63,732 nt of DNA, filler included, from Choristocarpus tenellus KU-1152 (GCA_964200185.2; 7 parts of 7 records of this genome joined end to end with filler, not necessarily neighbours in it); one strand, 5' to 3'; shown: positions 24,130 to 38,566, counted from the first letter of the whole stretch. The notes: a model not told the origin generated them from the letters alone. Translations and numbers: made by a program.

Positions 24130-26260
24130 TGTGGCTCCAGTCCTTACTATCCCCTGCTAAACCCCTCGAAACGTACGCTTGGTCCCTTTACTTAGCCCTC
24201 GAATACACCGTGAAGGTTATTGACTGCCATCTCCCCTCCCTCTGTACGACTAATTCAAGTGCCTCCATTGCCGCCATCCTTGTTGCTCTCTTGATATTCG
24301 CCTCTCAATTAGGAATGCTACCTGATTTCTTATGATCGCCTCCCACCTCGTACCGTCTGTCTGTGCTCTCTGTCGTTGGTCCTCTTGCCCTAGGCTGATT
24401 CCCAATCTCTGCGTGATCTCTTGCTATACCTCCTGACCTAGGTAAATAGAAGTGTCGTCTGGACAGTTGGAAGTGTTTGTCAGAGTATTGTATTGTAGAC
24501 ATCTTGACCCTTACTGTGCCAAATCAGTTGCCTTCACTCCCAGAATAGATACACGTATATTCTACCCCTTTATTCACTTCTAGCTCCCGACTACCAGGGT
24601 CAAGCTAAATACTCGAGTTCCAATATGAACGAAATTCTCCTCCCTGCTGCTGGGACCCTTATATCGAAGGAAATTGAAGTGTTGTGTACATAGTAGGAAG
24701 GCGAAGAAAGTGTTTGTGAGAGTGTTGGATTGTAGGTAGCTTGTCCCTTACTGTGCCAACTCAGTTGCCTGTACCCACAGAACAAAAACTCACACACTCT
24801 ATCCCTTCCTTCACTCTAACTCCCAACCGCTAGGGTCAAGTAAAAAACTTTGGTTCCTATATGCACGAAATTCCACCCACTGCTCCTGAGCCCTCTTTAC
24901 ATACTTATCATGAGAGGGCGCAGACGATCCTCTGGTGCACTTGACTGAGTGCACCCAAGTACCATATCCTCCCTTCCTTACCCAGGGATTACTCCTGCCA
25001 TGTAAACTAAAGATAAGAATGTCAAGGGTAAATTTGAGTTAGTATCCTTTAAATCACCTAGACATTCCTTCTGCCGATGAATTCTTCATTCTTGGTGTGT
25101 GTCCTGTCATTAATGGCCAAACACATTTTATCTCAATCACCCCTATACTCCAATATCGATCTTGGCTACCTTCTTTCCCAATCCTTCTAATAATCCGATC
25201 CTGCTGCTATACTCTTATCTCCTCCTCGGACCTCCCTCTCCCGCTAGTCTACCCAGTCAAACCCTTTTCTGGCATAACCCCAATTCCCAATGTGTACAGC
25301 AGCCGCTGAAAGAAAAAGAGCGTGCCAAGGCTTACCTCATAGGACCTGTGAATCAATCTTTCCACCATTACTCACACATACCTGCATATCCCACACTTGC
25401 ACGAGCCCTAGCCTCCAGCATCATACAATCTGAGTACCCCGTTCACTTGCTAACATATTCTACCACTCCAGGCGAGAACGAACTACCCCAACACCAACAC
25501 ATATGAAGAACCATCACTCACACTCTCTACATTTATATCTCCTGTAAAAATTGTATTTCAGAATCTCCGACATCACACACGCACTCATTACACACCCAAA
25601 CCTTGGCGGCTCCATTAGAGTCTGTACATATCTACAAGGATTTGACATAACACCCCCCCCATGCCCGTCTTACTCATGACACCTCCTACATTATTCGTAA
25701 CTACTTTCGTGGTACATACTCTATGTGGTAGAACTGTTGGCCTCCTCCAAAGGTGCATAGGATACAAGGGCGAGGATTGTGACAGGTGGTTGGTGCTTAG
25801 GACGTGTCCAACGCGAGAAAAGTTAATGACTCCAATGCCAGAACGATAGTGGCCCAGGTTGGGAATTCTGATACTGCTTGCCAAAACGCCCACCCTCCCC
25901 AATACTCTATCTCATGTCCTCTACTACCCCCTATGCACTTGGTTTCTTTCCTAGTGAACTTACACCTTTGTGATTCACATACCCCAACCTCCCCCCCACT
26001 TTGATCCGAAGCCTTAGAGTATGTACCTGTGAGAAATATCTGCATTATATTCCAATCCGATATATCAGAACTCCGTTGTGTGTCCAGTCACCCTATAACG
26101 TCCTGCATACCTATCCTACCCCACACATTTTTTTTGAGGTCTCCTTTAGTCGTACTGCTTCTACTCCTCCCAAATCTAAACTGTCCTACTTGTACCTCCT
26201 ACAAATCTTCTAACCTATCCTCTTCCGAAACCAGAATTAATTGCGTCAATGGCTTTCCGT
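24130..26260 (-). mobile_element. Highly degenerate retroelement-like relic, possibly an APE-type non-LTR element, with an internal tandem duplication (period about 240 bp; 24500-24660 and 24740-24895)
   Basis: The fragments KVVTNNVGG, CLGDLK and QYSDKH resemble APE endonuclease motifs in the expected order, with many stops. The duplication is directly visible. Confidence 0.35.
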
Positions 26261-27427
26261 AATTGCGTGAATAGAGTGCCGTACCAATCTTGGCATTGTC
26301 TTTTAGTGGAATAATTGTGTGTTGATCTGACGGATTATATATTCTCCGCAGGGCAGCCAGTTAGATCAGATGTACTTGGCATATCTGTGCCCCCCCACAG
26401 TCTCACTACAAAAATTAAGTCTCAGTCAATTGCTTAAAATTTTCGTGCATGGTGTATACCAGCATTTTGAATGAATGTTATGTCAGTGACGAGTCCTGAA
26501 GGGTTACTACAAATAAAAGGACTGCGACATAGTGGCATACATCTACTGTACTTCATAATAATCTCAAGGCAACAACGACTAATGAGTTGGGCGGGAAGCA
26601 GAAATTCTGTTCGTAGTTTTATGCATGGAATGTAATATACACAATACTTGACAAATCTGTGCCCAAGTTTTAAAATGGTGTAACTCGTAAATTATTACGG
26701 AGTGCTTCAAGTTTTCATCCCCACAGTGAATGGTTGGCACAGTCATCATCAGTCAACTTTTTTTGTTAAAGAGATAAGGTGAACACAAATACCGTGATAC
26801 AACGTAAGTATACCTGCATATTATGAATCTTGACACGGCTTGGATAAACCCTGATTAATGTTAAAAGTATTGGGGAAGTTTTTTGCATCTTAACAGTACA
26901 TTGTTGTAACACTTAGAGGACTATTATTACTAGTAGTAATTGGGTAACATACGACAACTTTCTCTCATTTTTATTTTTGAGATCATTGATAGTGACGAAA
27001 GGGGATGTACTTAAATTGTTGTTGCCTTACTAACACTATCAACATGTATATGTGTGTATATATGTGTATCCTGGTGGTGATTTCACCCCACGTATTATGA
27101 CTTCCGCAGATTATGAAATTAGTTGCCTACCACCTACAGTGTGGCCTACTATGTCAATTTCATCACCCTTGCGAATGGGTGGTAATGTTCAAGACAAGAA
27201 CGACTCAATCTAGGTCGTTCCCAGAGGTTTGTCTGTCTGTATAACCTCTATTCTGTAGATTATGCTGGGACCTCAACCCCACTCTTGTATTAAGTTTGTT
27301 AATGACCAGGTCTGTATATTACACTTGAATCCTTTAACCTTTAGTATATTTTATCCATATTCTTCTTTTCCACGTCACCTCGTTTTTCTGATCCGCCACG
27401 TTTAGTTCTACAGCTACAATACTCATC

Positions 27428-27503
27428 ATACGCCAAATTGTTTCGGTGACTACGCAAGTAGCATTATCTCGGCGAGTCATGCGTTTTAAGCTAGAGTCAC
27501 CAG
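27428..27503 (+). mobile_element. CRE-like non-LTR 3'-end fragment cut by the linker
   Basis: IRQIVSVTTQVALSRRVMRFKLESP. Confidence 0.7.
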
Positions 27504-27949
27504 NNNNNNNNNNNNNNNNNNNNNNNNNNNNNNNNNNNNNNNNNNNNTTAATTAATTAANNNNNNNNNNNNNNNNNNNNNNNNNNNNNNNNNNNNNNNNN
27601 NNNATTGATGTTCCCAGTCACGTATCCATGATTCCACTGGCGGACCTTCCGTCAGAATGAAACCATGGGATCTCTTCACGTGACCAATCCCACAGACTTG
27701 AATCAGCTCGTCATTCAGAGTTGTCGCACATGGAAGATCCACTTTATTGTCACGTCTTGACTGGTGGTGATGAAGCCCCATCTTTGATGAGCTCATCACT
27801 CCTCAATTTGCACTCGTCCAACCTTAACCTCGTACCCTCGGTTGCGGTTCGTCTTTGTTCGTCTGGTCCGTCTTGCCCGGTGATTCTCTTCACCACCCTT
27901 ATTACCTGAGTAAACCACGCCGCCACAGAATCACACGATTCACAAATAT

Positions 27950-28207
27950 TTTATTTTTATGAGGTCTGACATATTCCAGATGTGTCAGATGAGGGGAAAC
28001 AAATGAAAACTATACATATGTCAGTGTAAGCCCTAAAACAAAATGTCATAAATATGAAAAACACTATAAAACACTATACATGTGAAAAACACTAATCTAT
28101 TTGTTACTTCACTATCAATATTGTAGTATTGCCTTCCTGTGCTTCCAATCTACTCCTCCCGGGGGGAGGAGCTAGGGAGGTATCCCAAGAATCCAATTAC
28201 TTGATTG

Positions 28208-28242
<35 letters not shown>

Positions 28243-28580
28243 TAGGAGTTGTAACATTGGAACGACCTATCCCACATATATTATTATTATGCCCTCCTGA
28301 CATTTTGGAGATGTGTCAGAGGGGAAACAAACCTATCCTCCTATCTAATTCATTGATCCTCACAGGGATTCCAGATGTAAAGTGGTACCAATACGTTATA
28401 CATGTGGAGTTGCCCATCATAACTACAATATTCACTTAGAATAGTCTCGGTGACTACACAAGTGGCACTGTCTAGACGTGTCATGCGTTTTAAGCTAGAG
28501 TCACAAGGGAGATGGGCAGGTGGGAAGGTCCAAATCCCTGATTGGCTAATTGGCGATTGTAGGCTCAATAATAAATATAC
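27950..28580. mobile_element. Cluster of CRE-like 3'-end fragments: minus-strand UTR at 27950-28198, hairpin remnant at 28297-28331, plus-strand ORF end at 28436-28580
   Basis: 27950-28198 is the reverse complement of 19238-19460; 28440-28520 reads IVSVTTQVALSRRVMRFKLESQGRWAG. Confidence 0.7.
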
Positions 28581-28703
28581 TCCAATAATTCAATAATAGT
28601 TACATTGTATGAAGTTTGAGGGAAGAAAAAAACGGAGGTTTTATCGTCCCCAATCTAACTTAGATACAGTTGGTCTACCCTGTTCTGGTGGGCTTAGTTG
28701 CCT

Positions 28704-31700
28704 ATGGCATGTCTCAAGTACGGAAAGGATGAATGTGGAAAAGAGATCCTGGAGCTGGTGAAGTTATCTCCCGAAATGGAGGATTCTGCAGAAATATTGT
28801 CTCCTGACGCCTCTGGTAGGCCGTATAAGGGAGAAAACACAGTGGTCATGATGGAATGGGAAATACCTTACATGAGGGCGCTCGCGGATGCCTTGACGAT
28901 TAAAGGTGAGATCTTGGAGTTTTTTGATCCGTTGCATTCGCACCATTATATGTTGTAGATTGGAATCTGCCTTGCTACACCTCTTCTCTTTCACAGAAGT
29001 GACCAATCATAGTCCTCTCAAAAGGAATTAACATAAAACTCGTTACGTGGTAGCCACGGCAGGCATGCCTCTGACAGGGTTAATGTGCGCAGTTGAACTC
29101 AACCTATGGAACAATCTTCTTGGGTAAGGTTCTTACCAGTATGGACGTAAATAAAGTCCCGAGGTGGTGCAGATGCTGTGTTTCTAGTTTTGATGGTGGG
29201 TGGTGTGCTTTCATGCCAAGTTCAGGCCATGTATAATGTCCGTGTAGCGTGCACAAGATGTCGACGACTCAACCGTGGTGTCAATACGCGAGTTCTGTGG
29301 TTGAAATTCAGGGGGAGACGAGGTGCTCGAGATTGGCTTTGGTTGCGGATACTCTGCCGACCGAATACAAGAACTGCGACCTCGAGGGCACACCATCGTT
29401 GAGTGCGCACCAGCTGTCTTGTCTAGGCTCCGGGTCTGGGCAGATGGTCGACCTGGTGTGCATGTGGTGGAGGGGTACTGGCAGTTGTCACTCCCAATCC
29501 TGGGGAAGTTTGATGCAATCTTCTTCGATGACTTCCCTGTAAGTGGTAAAAAAACAATTGGCTTCTTCCAGAATATTGTTTTCTAGGATGTGGGAAATGG
29601 GTGCACACCTGTTGGATGGTTTCCATGCAGGTTAAGCAATTGTATGGAATAGTACATGCTATCCAAGCCATTATAACCAGATGAACATTTCTCTAAACAC
29701 CGGCTTGAAAGAAGTACTGTAGTCTTGTCCCTTGTCCTCAACTTGATGTCCCATGCTATGATTCATACAATCAAGATCGATAGGGTAGGGCACACTTACG
29801 TAGAACTTGAACCAATGGAAAAGTCTATATGCCACCTTGAGGAAATGTTCGTCTTGCAACATTCCTTACCCCTTAAAATCCATACTCTGCTCTGGTAGGA
29901 TACATTGAGTACCTTGTATTCTCCTCTGCATCACCCTGCCCCAACCCTGGGAAATAATCGCTGCATATATTTTGTCATGGCTGTCCCTGAACCCGACCTT
30001 CCTGTGAAGCTCCCTGGAACACCCGACTCCAGTGACCTCAAGGGTCCAACTTCACGCTGGCATGCATTCATTGACCTGTGTGTTGCCCATCATCTCCTAC
30101 CTGGAGGGCGCATCACAGGGTGAGTGACTTGTTCAGGTTTGGTAGCTGGATGTACTAAACAGTTCCTCTGGGTCATCAGAGCGGTGCCACAAGAGCTAAT
30201 ACATGTCCTGTGTGACATTACCTCCTACATGTACCTACACCTATTGTGGAACATGCCCCCCCCCCCCTGCCCCCCCCCCCCCCCCCCCCCCCTCCCCTCC
30301 CCCTCTGCCCGCTCCCACTCGTCTGCACGCTGCCCCTCTCACNNNNNNNNNNTTACCTCCTACATGTACCTACACCTATTGTGGAACATGCCCCCCCCCC
30401 CCCTTCCCTTCCCTTCCCTTCCCTTCCCTTCTCTTCCTGTTTCTCTAATGGCAGTGTCATAATTCTTACTACTCTCGCTTGCCTCGTCACATCTAGCCCC
30501 CCCCCTTGCCCTGATATCATGGAAGAGGAAGAATGGGTGGGACTCACTAAGTGGAGTGCACTTGGTTGCATACGTACATTGATTTTTCAAACTTATGTTT
30601 TGGATGTGTTTGCATGCTACCAAAGAGTGTGCTGCTTCACTATGAAGAAGATGATGATGTAGAATGTGCCTTATTAAATTAATGCAAAGAGTGTGTCCCA
30701 TCCATAAGGGAGGGTGTTGTCCTACCCTCCATATTCATCCTAGCAAATAATATTAGAAGTTACCAAGCATTATATTTCCTAGACCATTACTCTAACATCA
30801 CAATATTCTAATATTCCTTTCCATCACTCATGAATCATTCTAGTTACACTCTATTTCTTCAAAGACACTTTTTACTTCATGCATACTAATAGCGACATTG
30901 AGTGTGTACATAAAATAGTACAACACATGTCCCTGTGCAAACATCCTCTCCTACTGTGCGCTCACAATGTTCAATCACAATGCAATGCTGTTCCTGGGTT
31001 TATCCTAGGTTCACTTCAAATCCTCATGCTCATCGTTCTGAAAAATCACATCATCCGAAATTCATTACAGCCTTTGCATGATACATAAAATTACCACAAT
31101 TGGGGAGAAAATCCGCATGTTGCTTGTCAGATCCCACATGTGCAACTTCTATGATCTTCTCCCCAACCAACTGCATAAGGAAATGGTGTCGTGCATCCAT
31201 ATGCTTTGTCCTAAACCCATTGATTGGGTTCCCTGACAGCGACACTGCACTCTCATTTTCCTCATGCATCAAGTTGCACCTAGTTGTCCTCTCCAGGTTT
31301 ACAAACCCCAATACCTGTCTCAAGAAAAGCACTTCCTTAGCCGTGGCACTTGATACCACATTCTCAGCTTCTGTTGCAGACAAAGCCACCACCTTCTGCA
31401 TCCTAGAAAACCATGATAATGCTACACTTCCAATGGTACGTAATCCCCTAGGTACAGACCTCGGTTGGTCCAGATCAGATGCATAGTTTACATCAACAAA
31501 CGCCTCCAGTTGTTTTTCCAGCTTTCCATCGTATGTGATGCCAGTCTCCCTTGTGTCACTTATGTTAAAACCTGATTTTGTATGAGTTGTGCATTGTTGT
31601 AATGTGTCTGGTTTGTGATGAAGAGGATCATAGTGTAACAAAGTACTGATGAATTTATTCTTGTAGGTCTATGTCATGTTTTACTCAATCAGACAATGTT

Positions 31701-34700
31701 TGATGCGAAAACATGTTTGGTTGTGCTGCGATTGACACGTTTAGAAACAGGTGTGTGTCATAGTGCAACAAGACACCTGCGGGTTCGGTCTGGTGCGTCT
31801 GAAGGGATGTTTTACTCAATCAGACTATGGTTGAAGTGAAATGTGTACTGATACGTTTGTGGCATGTCTTACTCAAAGCAGATTATGATTGGTAGAAAGT
31901 ATGTTGTCATTCATTGAGATGCTCAGATGAAGAAATTAATTCTCTGTGAAGAGCGTTGTCACCTTGACTGAGAAGGATTTTAAAGGATGGTTTTTACTCT
32001 GTTTATATTGCATCCCAGCATGTATGTTATATGTGTTGCAGAGTGAACAGAATGTCTTACGAGGGGCAATGCCAGTCAAGTAAAAAATAATGATGAACAC
32101 ATGCTATGCAACTGATAACTTGTGTGAGAAAGAAGTAACATGAGGACGAAAGAAGAAGCCAAGCTTGAATCCATATCTAAGGTAACTACTGTCGCACATA
32201 GTGTGCCTGTATGAGTGATAGATAGTGGCTGTTCCTATACTTCCTATATGCTGTGATCTTCTGAGTGAGTTGTGATGATGGGGTAATGAGCTAATGATGA
32301 AAATGGGAATAGTGACCTTGGCAATGGACAAATCAACGTTTAGTATGGAATGACAACACTGTATCGTATCAAAGCAAATCAAATGAGTAGCCTATGTTTT
32401 AACAACTCACATACCCCAAAATCTGTTGAACAGATTCCCAACGCCTCTGCCTTGGGTTACGACTAAATGTGGCCACAGTCGTTACCGCATTGGCAACATC
32501 AGGCCTGGTCATGGTCACTAACCAGATTAATGACCCTACTGCTTCCCTGTATGGAGTAAATGGGTCCAGCTTCACACAAATCCTTCTCAAACATATTTCT
32601 GGTTGTAGATCCAGGCATATTGTGTTCTTGGTGATCTCAAAGTGCCTCACCAGCCCTTCCACGTATATTTGTTGATTGATCTTCAGTGTCCTCATCTTCT
32701 GATCCTGTGTAATATGGCATCCCATATATAGCATTACATCCCCCAAATCCTTCACAGGGAGTTCCTTTTTCAGAGCTTCCACCACCACCCTTCCCTTCTC
32801 CTGCAAGTGACTAGCTATTAACAGATCATCCACATGTGTAGCTATCAGCACTTCCATCACCCCGTTTTCTACTAGATGAAGCAATCAGGGGTCAGTCTCA
32901 CATTGCTTGAAACCTAGCCCCTTGAGAGTCCTAACTAATTTCAGATGCCAGTTGTGTGATGTCTGTGCCAAGCCATACAAAGATCTCTTGAGGTTTCCTA
33001 CCATTATTATGCCACATCCTCTGGCGGTTCGGTGTAAATGTCCTCCTTGACATCCGCTTGCACAAAAGGCTGTCCTACATTAGCATGCCGTAGCTCCATG
33101 CCCTCAAATACAGCTATTACCATCACCAACTGTAAGGTGCTTATTGAGGGAGTTGGAACAAATTCCTCGGTGTAGTCCAGTCCAGGGATCTACCTCTTTC
33201 CCATGACTACCAGGCAGGCTTTGTACCTAGCCACCTCTCCCTCCGAATTTACCTTTCTCTTCAACACCCATTTGATTTGCACCACATAGTGATTCAAAGG
33301 CCTTTTCACCTCATCCGAATCCCCTCTCTCCACCAGTTTTGCCAACTCCGTCTTCATAGTGTCCTGTCAAAATGGTGCCTCTGGAGACTGCAAAGCTTCC
33401 CTTCGGGATTGCAGCTCAGGCAGGAATGTGTTAGCCATTCCATCAGGAACCGCCATGGGTATTTTGGCGGCATCATGCACCACTTCTTGAACAAGTAGGG
33501 TTTTTGCTAAATGGGCCACTAGTGCTTCCTCTGATGTGTCTTTGGTTCCCTCTACTGATGGCCCTCTGCTGAGCCCTTCTCGAAAGTGCAGATTCTGATG
33601 GGTTAGAGGTTGGGGTAGGGATAAAATCAGCGAGCTTACGCAGCATTTGACTTTGCGGGATATCTTGCGACCACTTCCCCTGTTGCGCAGACCCACAAGA
33701 GTCCTCCCTGTGCACAGTCAGCTATCAGTCTGTAACTCCTCAAACGACATCGCAGGTAAATCCAACAACAGGTCTGAGGTCTCAGCTAAAATCTCCCCAA
33801 CATCCTGAGACATAAAAGGGAAAGTGTGTGCCATGTTACAGACTGGTCAGCCGTTGGTTGGACCTCTCGTGGAGAACTTGCCAGGAACCCTTTGGTGATG
33901 TTCAGCAAACACCATCATGAAAGCATGTGGATCCTCACACATCTAGTTATGCTTTCGTTTTTTCAAGACAATGCTTTAAATTCATGCCGGAAAATGCTTA
34001 TTAGGAGAAACAATGAATTGTTGGACTGTTATTGGATAACGGGATAATCGATAGTAATGTTTCTGTTAGGTGACGATGATAAAATTATCTGAGTTATTAT
34101 ATTACAACAACAAGAATACTGCTGTGGTGTCTCTTCTTGCCGCAGGTGGATCATTTTATCCACTCTGACCACAGTGCCACATTCTCCCTTCTGGCTTTCA
34201 AAGTTGACGCCGTTCACCCTTGATGAACAGCTATCTCATTCTTCAACTGGCGAAACCTGTTCGTAAGCCCCTGTTCCAACTCTGTCCTTGTGAGGTTAGT
34301 TGCCCTCGTGAGTAATGTTTGATTTTCCAGCTCATTCCTTTCTGGTCATCCTCCCAGAATAGTGACATTCAGTTCCTCGTTGGAAATTCTCTGACCCATT
34401 GCAGTTAATTGATTGGTTAATCAGCGCACCTTAAGCATGTAAGGTTGGGGCTCCTCTCCTGGTCCTAGTCGACTCAATTGGAACTAGTCCTGAACCCTGA
34501 GTCTTTCATCCAAGGTGCGTGGTTTGAAATAGTCGTGCAAGGTGTCCATTGTGCTTCTTGGTGTCTTGTGCTCCATCACGATTTCCAACACCATCCCCTT
34601 CCCCTTGCATCCATTCAGAAGGGTCATCCTCCCCCTGTTAAAGGTATCCCAATCATCCATGCTCCCTCAATCTGCTCCTTCCTGCACTTGGTCCAGCTCC

Positions 34701-37411
34701 CCACCGAACGCGAAATATGTCCTGCCCATCACTATAAAAGCGTGAAAATGGGTTTTTCATGCTATCCATCCACCGGTCTCTCCATTCCACATGGGTACCT
34801 AAAATATGTACATTGAATCCCTGCTCCTCTGCAGGGGTTGTTGTTGTACCTGTTGTTCCTGTTGTACCGGCCGCCCTATCGCAGCCTGCCCTCCTTGATG
34901 GGCCAACACAGGTTCCACAGCCTTAGCTATGGTCAAGGCCACATTCTCCCCTAGCCGTGCCTTGACCCTCTTTGCTGCTCCCGATTCAATGGCTACCTTG
35001 ATATCTCCCATGTTTTGGTCACCCCCCGAAGTCAGGATGTCCCTGACTCCTCCTTTTGCTGCTTCCTCAAATCAAGCAGTTCACGCAGTACCTCCTGGTC
35101 TGTAGTGCACTATACGGAAGATGGCTCGTTTTAAAACATTTTTTCACACGCTACCAAAGAGTGTACTGCTTCACCGAGAAGATGATGATGTGGGATGTGC
35201 TTTAATAAGTTACAGTAAAGAGTGAGTCCCATCCATAAGGGAGGGGTGTTGTCCTACCCTCCATAATCAACCTAACAATCTTAGAAGTTACCAAACAATA
35301 TGTTTCCTAGACCATTACTTAAGCATCACAATATTCTAATATTCCTTTCCATCACTTACGAATCATTCTAGTTACACTATATTGCTTCAAAAACACTTTT
35401 TTAGTTCATGTATACTAATAGCAGACCCAAAGTATCTGGGGGGGGTTGGCTTCTGTCCATTTGGGGCCAATTTTTCCATGTCGCGATTTTTGGGTGATTT
35501 GGTTCCATACGTTGGATGGATAATGAAAGTGCACCTTTCCTGGTTTTGCCCCAAATGGACACCCTGGTGTAGACTCCCCCCCCACCCCCAGATACTTTGG
35601 GCCAGCAACATTGAGTTTGTACGGTACTACAACACATGTCCCTGCACGAACAGGATGTGTGGGGCAAAGGCTCATGACACATGACACATGGAGTGCTGGT
35701 TTGATTGTGAGATACTCGAAGGGGGTATGAAAGAGGGTATAGAGTTTGGGAACTGCTAATGATCTGTGTTTCCCTCCTCTAGTGTTTTCTCCCATCGCCT
35801 TTGCAATTGTTTGGCTTGTAGGGGCGCCTGCAATCATCTGTGGTGTGTTGCTGTGTGATTTTGTTTGTTTACAAGTCCCATAAAGGAAGCTCCTTAAGCA
35901 TAGAAGTTACCTACCACCAATGATTCTTGAGCTCTTCCTAACTGTGAGAAAAGAAAATAGTGATTCACTGCCCTCTCTTCGTTCTTTGTTTTACCTAGTT
36001 ACTCAGAGTGCCGGCAATGATGCCCTCTCCAGCTTGCGTTGTGTTTTCTCTTTAATTCTTTCTATTGTGCAGTTGTGCCATTGTTACATTTTCATTTTGT
36101 TGCAAGAAATATATCAACAGGATAGTGAAATATAGGGAGTTCACTTTGTTGTGTTTTGCTATACATCCTTTTTACTGTTCTTTTCTTCGAGGTCTAGATC
36201 CTACCAATGCATTGACAGATCCACAGAGTTCTCTCAGAGTATGTACACTTTTATGGCATCAGAATGCTTCTGTAGTATAATGTCACCACCACCACACCCA
36301 AGGGTGGAAATGTGCCAAACTGAACACATTTCCCCTCAGACACCCGCTTCTAACAACTCTTGACGATCACCATTACCACCAAGCGTTGCAACCAAACCTA
36401 TTAGTAAAATGTCAGCATCATTCACATATGACTGGAGCTTTAGCTTGAGTTGACACAGTGTTGGACAAAACCAGCTGTTGCTGTGATAAAATAGAAGGAA
36501 AAATGATTTTGGCAGATTTATCACAGAATACATTGTATCATTGATACTAAAATGTAAACATCATTTCGCCGTCAGAGGTTACTGTGACTGCTGCTATGTT
36601 CCTTCCTCTAAACCTAATAGTTTGTGATAACAGCCCTGAATGTTAGTCCATGGCGACAAGTCGGGTACTAGTATTACAGGTTTTATATATTATATAGATG
36701 ATTGTGCAATGAAACCATGGGGAAATAGCAGTGCTGGATTTGATGTCTTCTAAAATTATAATTTTCTACGATGGTTCTAGTGCCTTTATTACTTTTTAAG
36801 AGTTACATCAGGCTCATCTGGTCACCATGAAACTCAGGTGTACGCCTGTTCAGAGCTCCAAGAAATTTCCTCGGTGATATGCTCGATGCACACACAGGAT
36901 GTTCTAGTTCTTGTTTATAAATGCATGACCATGTCGCAGAATGAAATTGTGTAGTGTTGTACAGAATGTTAAGGAGTGGCCGAACCCACACTTTCCCCAA
37001 ATACACCACTCAACCCACCCATCCCTCACCCCTCTTGTGATCCCCAACTACAGGTATCTTGCACGCCCACTCTCTCTCTCCCGTCCGGACTGTGAGTGTG
37101 CACCCCTCATCCCATTCCCAGTGGACGTCCCAGAAAATTGCCCATATTTTCCATTCAAAGAGGCGTACATTCCTTTGATCACATGTCGACAGCGTCGAAA
37201 AGGGGGGTTGGTGCCACTTGAGGGAGGAGGTGGGTGTGGACAGGATGGTGGAGACTCTGTGTTGTTGCCACTGAGTGATGGGCTGGGGCTTGGTTCAGGG
37301 GGGAAAGAAGAGAGAGGAATGTTGAGGAAGAGACAGAAGAGACGTGCATTTGAGGCCATGGTGAAGTATTCCTTGGGACTTGAGGATGAGTGGCCAGAAA
37401 ATAATGCATAA
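28704..37411 (+). CDS. RMT2/guanidinoacetate N-methyltransferase-like SAM methyltransferase, apparently complete; exons 28704-28905, 29312-29538, 30010-30119, 37054-37411
   Basis: VMMEWEIPYM, VLEIGFGCGYSA, HTIVEC, EGYWQ and FDAIFFDDFP are RMT2/GAMT-family signatures, and PENCPYF is present in the last exon. Splice phases join from ATG to stop. Confidence 0.88.
31563..32404. mobile_element. Solo LTR nested between Copia RT and RNase H
   Basis: TGTTAAAAC...GTTTTAACA inverted termini and a 5-bp TSD ACTTA/ACTCA; removing it restores ...QQILGYV-SDTRETGITY. Confidence 0.85.
35424..35603 (-). mobile_element. MITE subfamily B inserted in the Copia 5' LTR, TSD AGCA
   Basis: Absent from the sister LTR (empty site at about 30891); GACCCAAAGTATCT ... 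AGATACTTTGGGCC. Confidence 0.92.
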
Positions 37412-38566
37412 GGTTAAGTTCAAGGTAATACTGCATGAAGTATATACATACATAACGTTGTGCTGAATCACCTAGATTCAGTTATTTGACCGTTGTTAGT
37501 CATTCTTTGCAGGGTTATCGGAATCATTATATGAATTTTCATGCAGAGTCCCAGGGTACACACACGCGTGCATATGAACACATTTTGTGTTGTGTTGTCT
37601 GGTACTTTGTACGCCCTCAAGGCTGCAATACACACCGACGCCCCTCAATCCTTCAAACCTCGTCTTCACTGACTCTTTCTGACCACCCCAGTTGCTGTCA
37701 AGGCATTTTCATGATCCTGTTCCTGGTATACAGTTTTTCTTATTTTCCATTGGAACTGAAGACATACACAAGGCCCAGTGATGAACTACAGAAGCACATC
37801 TTGTACAGAGAATATATAGAGACAGGAAGAGGGTGGAGTGATAAGAATAGGTGGGAGAATTGAGCTAAGATGTAACCGTGTTGAGCAAATGTCACTGCCT
37901 AGCATGTACTTGTGTATGTAATGACTGAGGAGAGAATGTGGAGGATGGCATTGTTGTGGTAGGTAGTGTCTGTGGTTCACTTTAGTGTGGGGACTATCCT
38001 GACCCATGGTCAGAGGCACTACACACACTGCACTATTTGTCATACTAATCACCTTACCTATCTATTGCACTGTGTCGAAGTTGTACTGTCCCCATTCACG
38101 CCTTGCTTCTTGTACATTGGGTTCAGCCATCCCGCCCCTCATTGCTCCACCTCCTCCCTTGAATCTTCAACTGGATCTGCCCAAGAGTCCGCACACTATA
38201 GCAACAGATACGATAGTACAAGGGTATGATCCGCAGTACTTGCTACACGGATTTTGTCTAGCGAATTGTATTCTTAAACACAGTCCAAATGATGAAACCT
38301 CCATGGGTTTTCCTGGATGAGAGAGAGGAGTTGGTGTCATTTTCATACTCTCCTTTTGCTTTGTCACCCTGTTGATAAAATGATGTATTGTAGCGCATAA
38401 AAAATCTTACCGAAGATGGAAGGGCCATAGCATTGGTGCTTGATTCTTGCATGGTTTTGTGAGGTAAATGAAATTTGGAAGTCCTTAAGTGGACTACAAA
38501 GCTGAACCTTCAAATGTCCAAAGCAACTGACTTCTTCTATCAACTCGAATGTTTGAGAAACACTTT

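Larger units (their letters stand above)
30607..35652 (-). mobile_element. Ty1/Copia LTR retrotransposon, degenerate, in intron 3 of the RMT2-like gene; LTRs 30607-30943 and 35141-35652; TSD GGATG
   Basis: RT (HVDDLL; YREAVGSLIWLVTMTRPDVA) at 32400-33300, RNase H (WFSRMQKVVALSATEAE; RTKHMDARHH) at 31051-31560, gag-like remnants at 34200-35010 and a purine tract next to the 3' LTR. GGATG lies at 30602-30606 and 35653-35657. Integrase was not recognised. Confidence 0.93.

Noticed and set aside
30217-30402. Duplicated segment of about 50 bp and Pro-rich ORFs around a 10-N gap
   Set aside because: Most likely an assembly overlap artefact at a poly-C tract.
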